64,000 bases of DNA from Octopus sinensis (Eukaryota), in the NCBI RefSeq assembly GCF_006345805.1, contig NC_042999.1, positions 138,880,001-138,944,000 of the forward strand, in the 5' to 3' direction. Position 1 is the first letter of the stretch; each line of letters starts with the position of its first letter. Below the pieces are notes generated by a model, which saw only the letters and a list, made by a program, of their open reading frames with translations, did not search any database and was not told the DNA's origin. The position numbers and the translations under genes were made by a program. Below are positions 1 through 12,088 of the stretch, piece after piece.

Positions 1-81
1 TATATGTGTGTGTGTATGCATTTGTAAACTTGTCACCAATAACGGCGAATAAGCCGAAACTTTGTAGTCACTGTCAATCAG

Positions 82-230
<149 letters not shown>

Positions 231-1149
231 GCTAACCACTAAACAACATATCCATTTAAAATCATCGTATTAGAAGTTGCCGCAAATTTATTAAAAGAAG
301 AAAAATAAATAAAGCGACATTGCACAGAGCCATGTGCAATAAATAATACATCACATCACCTCATAGTCTATTTATAAATGCTTTCTAGAAAGGAAAAACA
401 ATAAAAATTCCTGGTTCAAAATTAAACTTACCCAGCTTTTCTCATGAAAAGTCTATATCTATTGAAAATGGTTGCTAAGAATATTTATCATAAGATTAAC
501 TTACTTAGGTGACCTTATTCAGCTTACATAGTGGTTCAAAATCGCAAGACACTAGACTCTAACATGTCGCCGGCTGTCTCTGTGCCTGAATATTTATCAA
601 GATTTACCTTTAGTTCCTACACTTATCGCATCGAACTGTTTCGTATTGTAAACGCATGAACGTGCTTTCTTTTGACAGTCAAATTTTGTTTCCTGACGTC
701 TTCAGATTATATCCATACAGAATTAAAACAATAACAGATAACTCTATTACACCGCCTTCCTTTTTATTTTGCAAGTTTTTGTCCTTGATGTCGTCAACGA
801 TTCGAGCTATAGTTAATGAACCTAAGTGACTTCATAATGGTATTAAAGGTGTTCTTTATAACAGATACGTGTGGGCGTGCGTATTTTCTTTCCACTTCTA
901 AAACTCACTACATCATACATATGATTCTTATCAGATCTGTTTCTTCAAACGGGTTTTGAAGAAAAGGTATCATAAAATTCTAAATATTAAGCATACATTT
1001 AGCATTAAGAAGAGAAATAAATAAAATAATATATCTAATTTCATACTCTAATATATTAATAGTGTTTTATATTTTGTTCGTACAGTCCTGGCATGCTCTC
1101 TCTCTCTCTCTCTCTCCATATAACAACAACAACAACAACAACAACAATA

Positions 1150-1707
1150 GTCCCTTGGGCACTTTGCAACAAGTATGGACTTGACAGAGCAAAACATTGG
1201 TACGACCACAAACCTGAAAGTATTGTCGAAAATAGAAATGCAAAGACCTTATGAGATTTTATGATTCAGTGCGACCATGAAATTGAGAATAGGATGCCGG
1301 ACATAGTCTTAATTGAGAAAGAAAACAAACTATGCTGGATCATAGATATAGTATGCCCAGCTGACAACAAGGTATGCGATAAAGAAGAAAGAAAAGTCGA
1401 GAGATATGACAAGTTAGCTTGGGAAGTTAAGCAGTTGTGGTCGATGAAAAAGGTAGCAGTAGTACCAATAATTGTCGGAGCCCTGGGAACAGTGAGCAAA
1501 AATCTCGAGAAGCACGTGGAACAAATAGGGGCTGCAATAAGGGTGGAGCACTTGCAGAAAACAGCACTGCTTGGAACCACTCGAAAAATAAGAGGTGTTA
1601 CCTTAGTTCACTGGTAGGTGCTCGAAAAATAAGAGGTGTTACCTTAGTTCACTGGTAGTGAACAGCTGACACTGTAGTTTATCTCCAGCGTTAGAAGCTG
1701 TGCAAAG
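1150..1707 (+). mobile_element. 5'-truncated R4/Dong-like non-LTR retrotransposon, restriction-like endonuclease (RLE) C-terminus and 3' UTR
   Basis: In-frame VPWALCNKYGLDRAKHWYDHKPESIVENRNAKTL*DFMIQCDHEIENRMPDIVLIEKENKLCWIIDIVCP...VVPIIVGALG...LQKTALLGT. Shows the PD..D RLE motif, with TGA in place of the expected Trp. Preceded by (AAC)n and followed by a (TAC)n/(TAA)n tail. Confidence 0.85.
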
Positions 1708-1903
<196 letters not shown>

Positions 1904-1964
1904 AATGACAACAAATGAATGAAACCTCGATATTAGGTATGATAGATCGCTTGCCACTAAACCT

Positions 1965-2105
1965 TTTTCTATTTTCTCTCCCCGTTTATTTCTGTGTTCC
2001 TTTCTGTCGAAGAGCGTAGGCTCGAAACGTAAAAGACTTTCTCACTTCCCGAGCGTTAGACTAATACATCTGTTTGTTGCTTACACACCCGTCTTCGTCG
2101 TTTAA
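1965..2105 (+). mobile_element. PLE-like terminal-repeat fragment (family HH-1)
   Basis: Close homologue in reverse at 20530-20680; contains a hammerhead-like motif. Confidence 0.65.
2000..2035 (+). ncRNA. Minimal type-I hammerhead-like motif with variant core CUGUCGA
   Basis: CUUU-CUGUCGA-A-GAGC gtag GCUC-GAAAC-GUA-AAAG: stem I CUUU/AAAG, stem II GAGC/GCUC, palindromic ACGU. Confidence 0.55.
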
Positions 2106-2130
2106 AAAAATTTTTTTATATAGATTCTCA

Positions 2131-2163
<33 letters not shown>

Positions 2164-2183
2164 GGCGCGCACGCATATACATA

Positions 2184-2224
<41 letters not shown>

Positions 2225-2329
2225 CACATGTACGCATCTGTGTTGTAACCATGATTACATATCTATACTTAATAAATTTCTTACAGCAACCTCACTTGGT
2301 CGACTGTACTCATCACTAGGATAAAAAGG

Positions 2330-3070
2330 AATAATGGATAAAGAAGAATTTGGGTGGTACAAGATGTTATAAACTGGTCACATGGTCCAAGACGTCAAGA
2401 ATCTTTCATCACATTGCATACATGTATAACGAATAATTTTTAAAATTCATGTGACAGCAGGTTAAAATTTTTTGCATTTCTTTTTCACTTGCGGTACGGT
2501 GAATTTGAATGATTTGGGATCTGTCACATAAGAGAGAGGTCACAATACTTTACGTTGCTGCACTTTCCAGAATTTCCTATGTAATGATTACATTTTTCTT
2601 CATTTCTTGATTTATTTACGACAATGTGTTTTTACACTGTGTTGTCTCTATTTTCGGTCGAGATACATTTTTAAAGATAAGGTCAGTACAATAAATAATG
2701 TCCTCTTTCTTAAAGAATTTTGACAATTGTATTTCGATTTTTTTAACTCTTGATCTGAGATCCCCTCTTAACATTGGAAATATCCTGTCAGCAGCTGAAG
2801 CAATCCTTTACATTGTTTTAAATGTATGTTTAAATGCTGGTAGAAAATATGGCCATTTGGAAAGGTTTATTGGTCAGGGAAAGAAATCTATCACTTAACT
2901 GGTTTTTGCATCGATTTTATATTTCTTACCGTATAATAGTCCTCTTAGTATTTTTAGAGCAAATATTTGTTGGCACTGGAGAGTACTTTTTATTTTCAGT
3001 ATAGTGGCTGATGACTTTGTCTGAGAACTTATTCCTTACTGGTGTCATTGGTCATATATTTGCTGGCGTT
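2330..3070 (-). mobile_element. Possible highly decayed Penelope-like ORF relic (RT-thumb linker to GIY-YIG)
   Basis: Broken minus-strand frames give FPMLRGDLRSRVKK and IIRYTCMQCDER, reminiscent of the PLE linker and the CxxC before GIY; many stops and frameshifts. Confidence 0.3.
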
Positions 3071-3218
3071 AATACGCGAAAATTATGCACTATTACAAAT
3101 ACAAAAGACTGGGTACTATTTCGTTCTTAAAAGAAAACGTATGATTTCAAGAAAGTTCGCAAGTGTACTTCACCTTCTACACTAAGGATGAATTTAATTA
3201 ATATTGGCGGCATTTATA

Positions 3219-3390
3219 GGGCGGCGAGCTGACTAAATTGTTAGCTCGCCGAGCCAAATGTTTAGCGATATTTCGTCCTTCTTTACGTTCTGAATTCAAA
3301 AGTCACCGAGGTCGACTTTTCCTTTCATCCTTCGGTATCGATAAAATGAGAACCAGTTGAGTACTGGAGTCGATGTAATCAATTTCAACC
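3219..3390 (+). mobile_element. SINE family B (head ggcggcgagctggcagaa; core cctttcatcctttcggggtcgataaa)
   Basis: Aligns to copies at 6635, 18474, 40225, 42110 and 62095. Confidence 0.85.
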
Positions 3391-3394
3391 CTCC

Positions 3395-3431
3395 TGTTTC
3401 TGAAGAAGAGCTTTGCTCGAAACGTAAAACA
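3395..3431 (+). ncRNA. Minimal type-I hammerhead ribozyme (PLE type)
   Basis: UGUUU-CUGAAGA-A-GAGC uuu GCUC-GAAAC-GUA-AAACA: 5-bp stem I, canonical CUGANGA and GAAA, ACGU palindrome, GUA cleavage triplet. Confidence 0.75.
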
Positions 3432-3589
3432 CCCTTTCTTTCCTTCTCTGAGTGTGTTAGTAATACTTTGCATGTACCACGTCCTCGCGTTGTTGTTTTT
3501 TTCTTGTCTTCTTTTCTCCGGTTTTTGATTAACTGTATATATATATATATAATTGTATATAGTGTTGTGTGATGTACAGAAATTGACAG

Positions 3590-3677
3590 ATAGATAGGTA
3601 CCTACCCACCTGCCTACCTACCTATCTACCTACCTACCTACATACCTACCTACCTACCTACCTACCTACCTACCTGC

Positions 3678-3740
<63 letters not shown>

Positions 3741-3860
3741 CATATCTATCTATCAGCCTACCTACCTACCTACTTACCTACCTACCTACCTACCCACCCA
3801 CCTACCTACCTACCTACCTACCTACCTATCTACCTATATTTCTATCTATCTATCTATCTC
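3590..3860. repeat. (TACC)n/(TATC)n compound microsatellite
   Basis: Direct reading. Confidence 0.95.
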
Positions 3861-4542
3861 CATTGTCATGGAACTTCACCCCAGAAAACAAAAACAATGT
3901 TCTCTTCTTCTAAACAAAATCCCCACCAAAACATCTGTTTTATATAAATGAATAAGCTGTGTGTACATTCATAAAATTTTATTTGACAAGTCCGAGAAAC
4001 GAACGAAAGTGCTAATAATAATGAAGAAATAAACGGACTTTTATTCAAAATTCTGACTTTTTTCTCAATATATATACATACACATAAGTGTACATAAGTA
4101 CATACATAAACACGCACGCACACACATACTGCTTACAGCTTCTTTAAAGCAGTTATCTAATCGTAACCATATCGTTATTTGTTCGCCTCTCCTGCACAGC
4201 ATCTTGAGCAAGTGTCTTCTACCAAAGCTTCGAAGTTTGCGAGTTTATATAATGTGTGTATCTTACACATGATTTTATATTCTACATATGTGAAATGTCT
4301 ATATGCATATGTACATGAATACACGTAATCAAGTACTGTTTGGAATTTAACTTGGTGTTCTGCCATATACACCACTCCATCGCATAGAAGTAAGAATTAA
4401 CGTTATAAGAAATAACCTAGATATTATCCAGGTTTGAAAAAATAAGTACTAGTTACTATAATATTGACAGTTCCTTCCCCTCAAATGTGAGACTCTTGTG
4501 TATATGTTACCAATTAATATTTTAGAGAATAACATATACTAT

Positions 4543-4784
4543 TTTACTCTTTTACTTGTTTCAGTCATTTGACTGCGGCCATGCTGGAGCACCGCCTATA
4601 ATCGAGAAACTCGACCCCGGGACTTATTTGTAAGCCCAGTACTTATTCTATCGGTCTCTTTTTCCGAACCGCTAAGTGACGGGGACATAAACACACCAGC
4701 TTCGGTTGTCAAGCGATGTTGGGGGGACAAACACAGACATACAAATATACACGCACACACACACACACACACACACATATACAT

Positions 4785-4833
<49 letters not shown>

Positions 4834-4983
4834 TACGACGGGCTTCTTTCAGTTTCCGTCTACCAAATCCACTCACAAGGTTTTGGTCGGCCCGAGGCTA
4901 TAGTAGAAGACACCTACCCAAGGTGTCACTCTGTGGGACTGAACCCGGAACCATGTGGTTGGTAAACAAGCTACTTACCACAC
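4543..4983 (-). mobile_element. SINE family A (tRNA head, CORE-like gcaccttgggcaagtg, internal TA/TG microsatellite, gaaacaagtaaaagagta tail)
   Basis: Near full-length copy; aligns to 13 other copies in the window. Confidence 0.9.
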
Positions 4984-6634
4984 GATTAAGGGATGCATAG
5001 TCGATTAGACCGAACCCATTACTATTACTGGTACTTAAAGCCATTCAAACTTACTATTGTCAATATGAGTAAAATTCGTAGTAAATAAGTTTAAGGAACC
5101 GGATTGCTTTAGTAGGAAGCAAAATGTGATATTGTGCAGCAAGTAGACAGTGACGAACACATATATGTACATACACACACACAAACACACACATGTATGT
5201 ATATACATTCCAAAATGTAGCCACATGTGGACTGTTGGCGATATTCTTTTTCCTCCGTCATCCATGGCATCTTCAATTGAAACTAGAAAAGTAAATTTAT
5301 CCAACTGATATTGCAAGGAAGATGACCGAGTTGGGATAGCAATGTAATAAAAATGGGTTACGCATGCAACGGAATAAGGAGTGCCGGGATTAAAGTAAGC
5401 CAAAAAATATTTGGGAAGAGGTAAGTAGATAGAGGTTTAAAAAGTTCAGCCTCGGAGAGGAAATGACGAAAATAGTGTCGGGTGGATAGAAGCTGTTATA
5501 CAAAACTCGTCCACTGCATACCAACAAGAAAAAAATATTATTCTGGTGGTAATGGGGATGAGGATATTAACAATGATGTTGGTGATGATGGCAATAGCTG
5601 TATTATTCAGTAGCCTCAGTCAGCCTGGCTCATTCGAACACAGGGTGCGATTCAGAAGACCAACAGAGAACATCATGCTTTAAAACGATCTAGGCCCACG
5701 CTCACGTTCTGCCATGCATTATTTTGGTATTGTGAAGTAACATTGGGATAAATCGTATATGTTCCATCTAGCGTGTTTTTAAATTTTGAGATATTTCTGA
5801 GCTGATTGCGGAGAAGGCCATCTTGGTGGACTTAGTCGGGACTTGTAAATAGTTGGCAAAGCGCCATATAGTTCGAGTTCGACCAAGATAGAATTTTGCA
5901 CTTCCTCGTTTGTGTTTTATTTCATATTTGTAGTGATATGTATTTAACATGTTTTTTTAGATTAAATGTGATAAAATTGTACGCTTGAAGCATACTTCAG
6001 TTATGTATAGCGGAGGAAGTGATTGTAGCAGTATTGGTGTGTGCACGTTGTTTGTATGTGCCCGCACATTGATGTGAGCGTGTGAGTTTGAGAGAGCAGT
6101 GCTGACAATGTTTCTGTGCTACGCAAAATATATGCGTAAAAATATCCTCACATTCACAGACAACTGTTGTAAATCGAGAGAAGAAAGAAAAATATCACCT
6201 TATAGACAATTTTGAAGGAAGGAGAGATTTTAGTTGCTTCCTTGGCATAGCAACTAGTTGCATCGCCGATCTTTAAAAACAAAATAAAATAGTGAAAAAA
6301 TAAACCTACAATAAAAAGTAATACGAAAAGAACGAAAAGGAAAACAATACGTAAATGAGTAGGTGTTAAACAATTTCGAACATTTCTGAAACCACTTACA
6401 CATCCTTAACTGAACGTAGTCTCACTTCCTAAATAATGCAGCTGCCGACCTGCTTCGCTCATCTCACATTTATTTTGTACAATAACGAACCGGGCTGGAT
6501 GATTTACTGTATATAGATCAGTGATTCACTCTCCTCAGTTCAAATCGACTTTTCATTCTGCCAATTCGGTTTTATATACTAGCAGTAATGCACTGGTATG
6601 TTTTACAGTTAATATTTGAGACAGTTACTTCCTT

Positions 6635-6843
6635 TCTACTACAGGCACAAGGCCTGAAATTCTAAGGGAGGGGGTTAATCGGTTACAGTGACCCCAGTGA
6701 TCATCTGGTACTTATTTCATCGATTCTTAAAAGATGAAAGGCAAAAGCGATCTCGGAAGAATTTTAACTCAGAACATGAAACCAGACGAAATGCCGCTAA
6801 GCATTTTGTGCAGCGTGCTAACGATTTTTCTTGCTCGCCGCCT
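6635..6843 (-). mobile_element. SINE family B
   Basis: Ends gctcgccgcct (reverse of the head); contains gatgaaaggcaaa core. Confidence 0.85.
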
Positions 6844-7009
6844 TCTTTGCGACAGTAATATCGATTATTCAAAATGATTAAAGGACAGACAAAATGCGTT
6901 GCGATATTAAACTATGGCCCTTTACTTTGTAAGTTCAGATTTCGCCATAGTCTATCTACCTTGCTGTTCGTCAACCGATGGCTGATGAGTTACGTACTTA
7001 GATTCATAT

Positions 7010-7129
7010 AAACGATGGAGGCGTTAAAAGGCATCACTTTGCAAGCGTTCTGGGACTGCTTCGAACAGTGGAAAACGCGTTTGGACCGATACATTGCTTC
7101 AGATGAGGGAATACTTTGAAGGCGATTAA
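7010..7129 (+). mobile_element. Mariner transposase C-terminal relic
   Basis: Reads TMEALKGITLQAFWDCFEQWKTRLDRYIASD.(G)EYFEGD* with one small indel; typical mariner end motif WKxRxxxCIxxxGEYFEGD*. Confidence 0.75.
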
Positions 7130-7189
7130 CGTATAAACATGTAAAAACTAAGTAGATGAAATAATATTCTGGCTTCTTTTGGGTACCTC

Positions 7190-7442
7190 TCGTATATGCA
7201 CAAATAGGGCTGATCTAGAGTTAAACAACAACGACGGTATCGCAACCATCGCCAACAACAGCAACAACAGCAACAACAACGACGACGAATCAATGCTCTA
7301 CAACGCGGAGTTTACGTAGTCATTAACTTGCTAGAAATTGTAGCCAAATCTGCTTAAAACAACACTCTCGTTCTAAAAAAAAAGACACATTGACTAACAA
7401 TGTGGACTGGACTATAGAACTTCTAATAAATAAATATGTAAG

Positions 7443-7473
<31 letters not shown>

Positions 7474-7700
7474 AGGCACGATTTTCACGGCTTTGATCTT
7501 TACGATCAAAGGTCTACCTGATCATCGCCGCTGTAGACGCTAAAACAGCAACAATTATTAGTGGTTACATCGCTCTAAAATCAAATCTAAAAATCTGAAA
7601 AGTGTACATATTTGATCATGTGGTCCTAGATATACTATATCCGGAAAAAAAAGAAGAAAAAATTGACGATATTCTGCACTATCAAGGTCTGATAGGGGTG
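7190..7700 (+). repeat. Cluster of an ancient dispersed repeat (family E: gctagaaatagcagccaaatc ... gggctgacct..ggctaaacaacaac)
   Basis: Diverged copies also near 8105, 24480, 25500, 30075, 32870-33040, 34080 and 46290. Confidence 0.5.
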
Positions 7701-9163
7701 GAGATAATGGAGGAACACGCCACCAACACCACCAGCACCTTCTTTACCACTTCTCCTTCACCACCACCACCAACAACAACCAGAACAATCCAACAACAAC
7801 AACAAGAAACATTCTACCAATCTAAATTTGGAATGACGTAGAAAACAGATTACTATCATTTGTGCAAAACAAATCATTTCCCAAGCAAACACAATTTATT
7901 TATTTTTAACATATATGAAAGTTTGAGAGAAAAGCACAAACACGTTTTTAATCTTGTCCACAGCTGGAGAGGTTGCTAAAATAGACAATATTTCAGAAAA
8001 GTCGCGCGCCCGCAAGTAGAAAGTGTTTGTGTATGGTGAGTGTGCGTTGCATGTATGTGTGTGTGTGCGTGTGTGTGTGGGTGTGTGTGTGCATGTGTGT
8101 GTGTGTTTAACCCTAAGTTATCCTTGATTCAGTAAACCTATCATCAAAGTCAATTCAGCCGTCGTGATCCCATGGGATTTTGTCCCCTTTTTGTTTTATT
8201 TCTCTCAGAAGCAGTATACCTTAGTCTTCATCATTCAATTCGTCCTTTCATGCTTTAAGATTACTGTGTGTTTTGAGAAAAATCAGGATACTATTTCTTG
8301 CAGGTCGAACTACCGAATAGAGATCCTCGTTGGAACGAGCATATTCGTGTTTGGCATATGTGTAAGTGTGTGGTGAAGTGTGGCATGGCAAGGTGCGTGT
8401 GAATGTGTGTTTTATATGTATGTATGTTTGTAGTGTGTGTGTATGTGTGTGTGTGTTTAAAGTGCACGTGTATTTTACTACGGCCGTTTTGTGCGCGCGT
8501 TGGTAGTGTGTCTATTGTAATATATGCGCACGTGTATATCTTAGTACAATACTGTTCAACCAATAAATTTGACTTTTAATATGCATAAAAATCAAATTTT
8601 CATTAGCTTCGTGAAATCCAGCTTATCAGGATTACAATTCATTCCAGTTATGATGTGATATACAGAACCAAATCTCCCAAGACACTGAGTATAAATCAGT
8701 TTAACTATTATCGGGCTAGAGAATTTGCAAGCAAATTTTCTAACCTATTTTAGGTGTAATGTTACTAATACATGATATGCAACTTCTTTAAGTGTATATT
8801 TTATAGCGAGAAGAAATTCCTGTCTCAGTGTAAAATATCCGATTTGTTGAACTTAGCATCATTTTAACAATTTTAATTGAGACATTCTTTTAGTTCATTT
8901 CATATATTTATAGACACAGACACACCTTACAGACAAAATAATAATAATAATAATAATAAAAAAGGAAAAAATTGGCTACCAGATTTTGTATACCCCTATA
9001 GAAATGTATTGTTGCCGTGAATGACATTGTAAAATCTTATTTTGTTAATCTATTTATTTGTTTCTTTTGTTTTGACAACATGCCACATTGGAAGTTAGTT
9101 TAGTTTGACATTTTCTGATGATTTCGAATTATATTTGCGAAGCTGATGCCAATTGTCACAGAA

Positions 9164-9165
<2 letters not shown>

Positions 9166-9195
<30 letters not shown>

Positions 9196-9211
9196 TAATA
9201 ATAATAATAAC

Positions 9212-9246
<35 letters not shown>
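9166..9246. repeat. (TAA)n microsatellite with AAC interruptions
   Basis: Direct reading. Confidence 0.95.
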
Positions 9247-9248
<2 letters not shown>

Positions 9249-9815
9249 GTAATAAATGCCCTGGTGCAATACCAGGCTGTGGCTCTCGTGGCTTCTGATC
9301 TTAACTGATTGGAAGTGTTGCCATGTACATTATTTTGTCTTGGTATAAAAAAAGATGGGCTACAGCAAATATTCTGCTCAATACCACAGATTTGCTTGTC
9401 AGTTGTTTGATCTTAACCATTTGAGCATGTCCCTTAGTGGCTGATGATATGTGCATCTCTGATTACGAGCAGAAGTAGTGGGGGAGCATCATAGCCATGT
9501 GTTGAGAGTGATTCTTTGGGGGTTTGAATAATTCACCTCTGGAAACGTGGGTGTTTTGTTCAACATCCTTAAACAACCCTTATTCAGGGACCTTTTGAGT
9601 GGGATGGGTTACTCAACCAGAAGAAAATTCTAACTGGGCCCCACCTGCAAGGTCATGTGCGGTTTATTTTGATATGAGATCACCATGTCGCGCACATATG
9701 GTTGTGATGCATGTGCCTAGTGTACTCTTATCAGACGGGTAGTCATGATGGGTATACTGGGCTTCGTATATTTTACCCCAGTGTCACTTTGATGGCACGC
9801 ACTGCTCTCTCACTC
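9247..9815 (+). mobile_element. Retroelement-like 569-bp unit ending in ctctctcactc(AAT)n, copy 1 of a tandem pair
   Basis: Inserted in (TAA)n with a (TAA)n tail; appears identical by eye to 9851-10419. A 3' end of a TAA-targeting RLE element is inferred. Confidence 0.65.
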
Positions 9816-9850
<35 letters not shown>

Positions 9851-9852
<2 letters not shown>

Positions 9853-10419
9853 GTAATAAATGCCCTGGTGCAATACCAGGCTGTGGCTCTCGTGGCTTCT
9901 GATCTTAACTGATTGGAAGTGTTGCCATGTACATTATTTTGTCTTGGTATAAAAAAAGATGGGCTACAGCAAATATTCTGCTCAATACCACAGATTTGCT
10001 TGTCAGTTGTTTGATCTTAACCATTTGAGCATGTCCCTTAGTGGCTGATGATATGTGCATCTCTGATTACGAGCAGAAGTAGTGGGGGAGCATCATAGCC
10101 ATGTGTTGAGAGTGATTCTTTGGGGGTTTGAATAATTCACCTCTGGAAACGTGGGTGTTTTGTTCAACATCCTTAAACAACCCTTATTCAGGGACCTTTT
10201 GAGTGGGATGGGTTACTCAACCAGAAGAAAATTCTAACTGGGCCCCACCTGCAAGGTCATGTGCGGTTTATTTTGATATGAGATCACCATGTCGCGCACA
10301 TATGGTTGTGATGCATGTGCCTAGTGTACTCTTATCAGACGGGTAGTCATGATGGGTATACTGGGCTTCGTATATTTTACCCCAGTGTCACTTTGATGGC
10401 ACGCACTGCTCTCTCACTC
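9851..10419 (+). mobile_element. Retroelement-like 569-bp unit, copy 2 (period 604 bp)
   Basis: No difference from copy 1 found by eye. Confidence 0.65.
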
Positions 10420-10468
<49 letters not shown>

Positions 10469-10471
<3 letters not shown>

Positions 10472-11250
10472 CTTAGATACTTAGCAGCTTTTGTAGATTG
10501 GACAGAAACTGAATTAGCAAAGTTAGATAGAAGAACTAGGAAGGAATTCAATATGAATGGAAGACTTCACCCAAGGGCAGGAGAAGCAAGATTACACCTA
10601 CCTAGAAAGGATGGGGGAAGAGGGTTTATATCAGTAAAAGACTGCGTGGAGTTAACCAGAGTAGATATAGACTCCTATGTAGGTAATAGTGAAGAAAGGT
10701 TATTAAAAGCTGCTAGAGCCACAGCAAGACATAGGGAAACCAAAAACCCAAACGAAATCAGAAACTAGAAAAAAGAACAGAAATTATCTGACTAACAGGA
10801 GAAGGTGTTGTATGGTAGATTCTCAAAGATAGTTGCAGTAAATAGTAGTAGTGCGACATGGTTATGGTTGCAGAAAGGAAAGCTCAAAAAAGGGAGACAG
10901 AAAGTTTGTTAGTAGCTACACAAGATCAGGCATTAAGGCCTGATTTGATGGAAGTAGGTAAAGAGAATAGAAAATGCCAGATAATTGACTTTACATTTCC
11001 AAACGATGAAACATTGATATGAGAAGTATAGAAAAAATAGCAAAGTACCAGGACCCAGCCATTGAATTACAGAGGCTATGGAAAGGGCAGGTAAAATGTA
11101 TCCCAGTTGTTATAGGTGCATTGGGAATTATCCCTAAAGATCTGAACAAATGGATAGAGGAAATAGGCATAACATCCAGTTTAGTACAGCTTCAGAAAAC
11201 AGTGTTATTAGGGACAGTTAGGATACTTTGGAGGGTTCTTAGCATTTACT
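10469..11250 (+). mobile_element. R4/Dong-like non-LTR retrotransposon fragment (post-RT region plus RLE), internally deleted
   Basis: DWTETELAKLDRRTRK...LHPRAGEARLHLPRKDGGRG, then LKKETESLLVATQDQALR|PDLMEV..KCQIIDFTFP..EKIAKYQD..IPVVIGALG..LQKTVLLGT; stops and frameshifts; follows a (TAA)n tract. Confidence 0.88.
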
Positions 11251-11261
11251 ATAATAATCTG

Positions 11262-11457
11262 CTATAATAATACTCATGTGTTTATGAATGAAAAAGGAAG
11301 GAGTGATAGATGAATAAGGAAGAAAGGGGTGATGTCATATTTTTTCATAGCTCCCATGGTTACCGAGATAATCAACTATAATAATACTCTTGTGTTTATG
11401 AATTAGAAAGGAAGGGGTGATAAATGAATAAGGAAGGAAGGAAGGGGTGATGTCATA
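11262..11457. repeat. Imperfect tandem duplication of a ~78-bp unit
   Basis: 11262-11339 is similar to 11376-11457 (ctataataatactc..gtgatgtcata). Confidence 0.8.
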
Positions 11458-11812
11458 CTTGATAGTGGGATGATGAAAATTGCACGCTGAAAAGGTAAAT
11501 CAAACAGCGTTTCAACTCTGTGTGAATATATGTGTGTATGTAAGGGGGAGTATGAGAATGTGTGTGTGTCGGTGTGTGTGTGTGCGCGCGCGCGCGCAAT
11601 GGAAGTGGGATGGTTCATCTTTGTTCGCTTAGTATTTGGATATATATTTTGATTTGGTTGAATCTTGGTGTTTTGCTTATTCGTCAGTTATTTTTAGCGT
11701 TTTGACAGAAAAATGCCATTCTAAAATTGTTTTTTAACGTAAGCGTTAAAACAAGTCGAATACTTACACAAAGCAGATTTTACAGCCACATCATCCAAAT
11801 CGACCTTAGCTG

Positions 11813-12066
<254 letters not shown>

Positions 12067-12088
12067 AGCTTACTCTGGTATATATATA

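Noticed and set aside
432-474. 43-nt minus-strand micro-exon candidate (TIFNRYRLFMRKAG, GTAAGT donor)
   Set aside because: No recognisable homology; such donor matches are expected by chance
6980-7010. CTGATGAG hammerhead core
   Set aside because: No stem II or GAAA follows
11768-11809. 42-nt minus-strand micro-exon candidate (KVDLDDVAVKSAL)
   Set aside because: The acceptor is preceded by (TA)n with no pyrimidine tract, and there is no homology
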